Assembly (NCBI GenBank): GCA_950097015.1
Contig: CATNEN010000007.1
Location: 10,478,001 to 10,542,000 of the forward strand
Direction: 5' to 3'
DNA: 64,000 bases
Origin: Macrostomum hystrix
Taxonomy: Eukaryota; Animalia; Platyhelminthes
This document shows, one piece after another, positions 61,315 to 64,000 of this stretch; within the stretch, counting starts at the first letter, position 1; each line of letters opens with the position of its first letter. Both the position numbers and the translations under genes were made by a program. The notes beneath the pieces are model-generated. The model saw only the letters and a program-made list of their open reading frames with translations. It did no database searches and had not been told where the DNA came from.

Positions 61315-62311
61315 CACATGTGTATTTCTCTCGTTAGCATGGAAGAATTAACATCGGAAAACAAATCTTCTGAGAAGAATATTTCTCAGAAGCATTGGGT
61401 CTGATTTTCTGGGCATGCGGAGGGAAAACTGCTTCTGAAAACCCCCGGACTTGCCGCGCGGAGTCACGGAGGCGATCCGGGTGTCATCCGGACAATGCCG
61501 AGGGCCGTCGATGATTGACTCCGGGGAAGTCCAGCTGAAGCTCCAGTCGCAGCTCCTCTAGGACCACTCTGACTCTCAACGCTTCCTGACCGGACTTTCC
61601 TGAGAGCGCTGCTTACAAAACTCGGCGCCGTGGCGACGGCTGCGGCAGCTGGGAGGCATTGTTTGGGCCATAATTAGAAAACAATCAACCATTTAAAATA
61701 ATCGCATTGTCCGGCGTCAGTGCGCCCTTTTTCTAGAAATCGATAGTGACAGCAGGCCGCTAATTTTCGCTCAGGTGTCAATCCACCGCACAGCTGAGCA
61801 CTTCATCAGCACCTGGACCCGGCTCTATTCTCACCTTCAATCACGTCTCTCTAAAGTTATATTTTTCTATTTTCAGTCACATTTTTTCAACTGCCAATCA
61901 GTCAAATCAAGCGAATCTAGCAGCAATTTCGTCTAGGGAATTTTTCCGGGTTTTTCACAAGTGCCACAACGCTAATTAGGTTTCTGCAATTGGAGTAACC
62001 CAGCGCTCTTGATCAGGAGACAGGTAGAGGCTGCGATTATTAAATTTTGTAAAAGGACATCCGCAAATGAAAGAAGAGTATAAATAGTAGAAATGTGGGC
62101 AAAGAACAGGCGCAAAAAATGTTTATCCAGTTATAATCCAATCACTACTCCCGACTCGCAACTGGTCTATAGGTCGGTGGTTCGAATCAGCGAAAAAAAA
62201 TTCACGCGGGTTTTTTGTACAAAGGAAAATGCTTGATAGATTAAAGAGATTTGTCAAAATCCTGCTAATGGAAATCTCATCCCACAACACGATGGCGATA
62301 TCCCTATTGGA

Positions 62312-62949
62312 TCAGTGTTCTTGCTGCCAGCGTTGCCGCCAACGCCGCTCCCTGACGACGAGCAGAGGCACCAGCACCGGGCTGGCCAGCAGCAGCAGCG
62401 GCGAGACGGCGAGGCCGACAATGGCAGCACCACCGACGCCAGCGGCAAGGAGGCCGCGCCGGAGAGCTCGGCGAAGTCGCGGACGGCCGGGCAGGAAGTT
62501 GGCGCTGCAGCCGTAGACGCTGAGCCGGGACTCGTGGCCGCCGAGGAGCCGCTTGGGCAGCAGGCCGAGGAGGCGGCCCCGCTGCCAGAGCCGCTTGCCG
62601 CACAGGTAGCAGAACTCGATGTGGCAGACCATGCAGGTCATGTGGCGGCAGCCGCCGTCCCGCTCAATCAGGGCCCGACACTGAGGGCAGTTGCGCGCCC
62701 GCCGCGTCTCGGCGGCGCCGACAGCCGCGGCGTCTTCGTCCGGCCGCATCTCGCGGCTCCAGGCGGTCAGCAGGCTGCCGTCGGCGTCGGCCAGGTCCAT
62801 GCACGCGTGGCCAGGGTGCGGCCCGTGGCAAGCGAAGCACCACGCGACTCCGCAGGACTCGCATTCGACTTCGTTGCTTTCAGCGTCGGCCGCGGCGCGG
62901 CCGCGAGGTAGATCTCGGCGGCACACGATGTGTGGCATGTGTGGCAACC
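62312..62949 (-). CDS. RNF217: Terminal exon of an RNF217-like RBR E3 ligase (IBR, RING2, C-terminal TM); upstream exons not identified in the window
   Basis: CESCGVAWCFACHGPHPGHAC; RNCPQCRALIERDGGCRHMTCMVCHIEFCYLCG; GHESRLSVYGCSANFLPGRPRLRR, matching the RNF217 post-RING2 motif; then a hydrophobic tail. Confidence 0.8.
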
Positions 62950-63478
62950 CTGCATGATGGGTATCAGGACCCGGTAGCTGATGGATGCGTGACAACCATG
63001 CATGATGGGTATCAGGACCCGGTAGCTGATGGATGCGTGACAACCATGCATGATGGTTATCAGGACCCGGTAGCTGATGGATGCGTGACAACCATGCATG
63101 ATGGGTAGCAGGACCCGGTAGCTGATGGATGCGTGACAACCATGCATGATGGGTAGCAGGACCCGGTAGCCGATGGATGCGTGACAACCATGCATGATGG
63201 GTATCAGGACCCGGTAGCTGATGGATGCGTGACAACCATGCATGATGGGTAGCAGGACCCGGTAGCTGATGGATGCGTGACAACCATGCATGATGGGTAT
63301 CAGGACCCGGTAGCTGATGGATGCGTGACAACCATGCATGATGGGTATCAGGACCCGGTAGCTGATGGATGCGTGACAACCATGCATGATGGGTAGCAGG
63401 ACCCGGTAGCTGATGGATGCGTGGCAACCATGCATGATGGGTAGCAGGACCCGGTAGCTGATGGATGCGTGACAACCC
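62950..63478. repeat. 48-bp minisatellite (~11 copies) abutting the RNF217-like exon acceptor
   Basis: Unit CATGCATGATGGGTATCAGGACCCGGTAGCTGATGGATGCGTGACAAC. Confidence 0.96.
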
Positions 63479-64000
63479 ATCTCGATGGGGATCAGTTGCG
63501 AGGATTCTGTTTGGGATCTTGCCATGAGAGATAGTTCAATAAACCATAAAAGAACCAAACAATTTGACATAGTCACCTGAACCGCTGAAGAGTACAGCTG
63601 CTAACACTGTAAGATGAGAATTTGTTGTAGAAATAGGTTGAAACGTGCGCCTCACAGGACAATATTACGAGCTCGTATGCGCATTGTTTAATGGTTTTCA
63701 AATAGCTCGTATATTTATCATAAAAAATAGGGCATCAAACTGTGAAATACTTAAGGTGTAGTGTACTCAATGTACGAGCCTAAAATAGCGTAAAATACTG
63801 TCGAATGACAAGAGTGTTTCTCAAGATATGTGTAAGATTGTTGGCAACATGTTTGCACACGCTATCTACGTTTGCATGCTGTACAATGATGTACATTCAT
63901 TAATCGTTAAAATATAAGCGAGTGAGTTGACGCCTTAAGTGGCGAGAATTTGGTCTACGCTACAATCTCGTTTTCGGCGGCTTACACTGGTGACAGCGGT

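Overview
Eukaryotic (animal) genomic DNA. GC-rich exons and minisatellite-filled introns suggest a flatworm such as Macrostomum; this is an inference, not verified. Host genes: a divergent intronless G-protein beta subunit (runs off the left edge), a 7-exon ankyrin-repeat protein ending in a polybasic tail plus CaaX (CAIL), an RNF13/RNF167-type PA-TM-RING ligase head-to-head with a Nova/pasilla KH splicing factor, LMBRD2, and the last exon of an RNF217-like RBR ligase. Mobile DNA: a 5'-truncated LINE with TSD; a 2.8-kb Chapaev-type transposon with a RAG1-like transposase whose TIRs begin with the exact V(D)J RSS heptamer CACAGTG; an intact Ty3/Gypsy element with matching LTRs; and a Helitron cluster. 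In that cluster one element appears to carry a 7.6-kb higher-order 23-bp satellite, and another carries a Pif1 pseudogene with a nested hAT MITE. About half of the modelled introns hold their own minisatellite. Exon boundaries were read by eye; the four complete gene models each sum to a multiple of 3.
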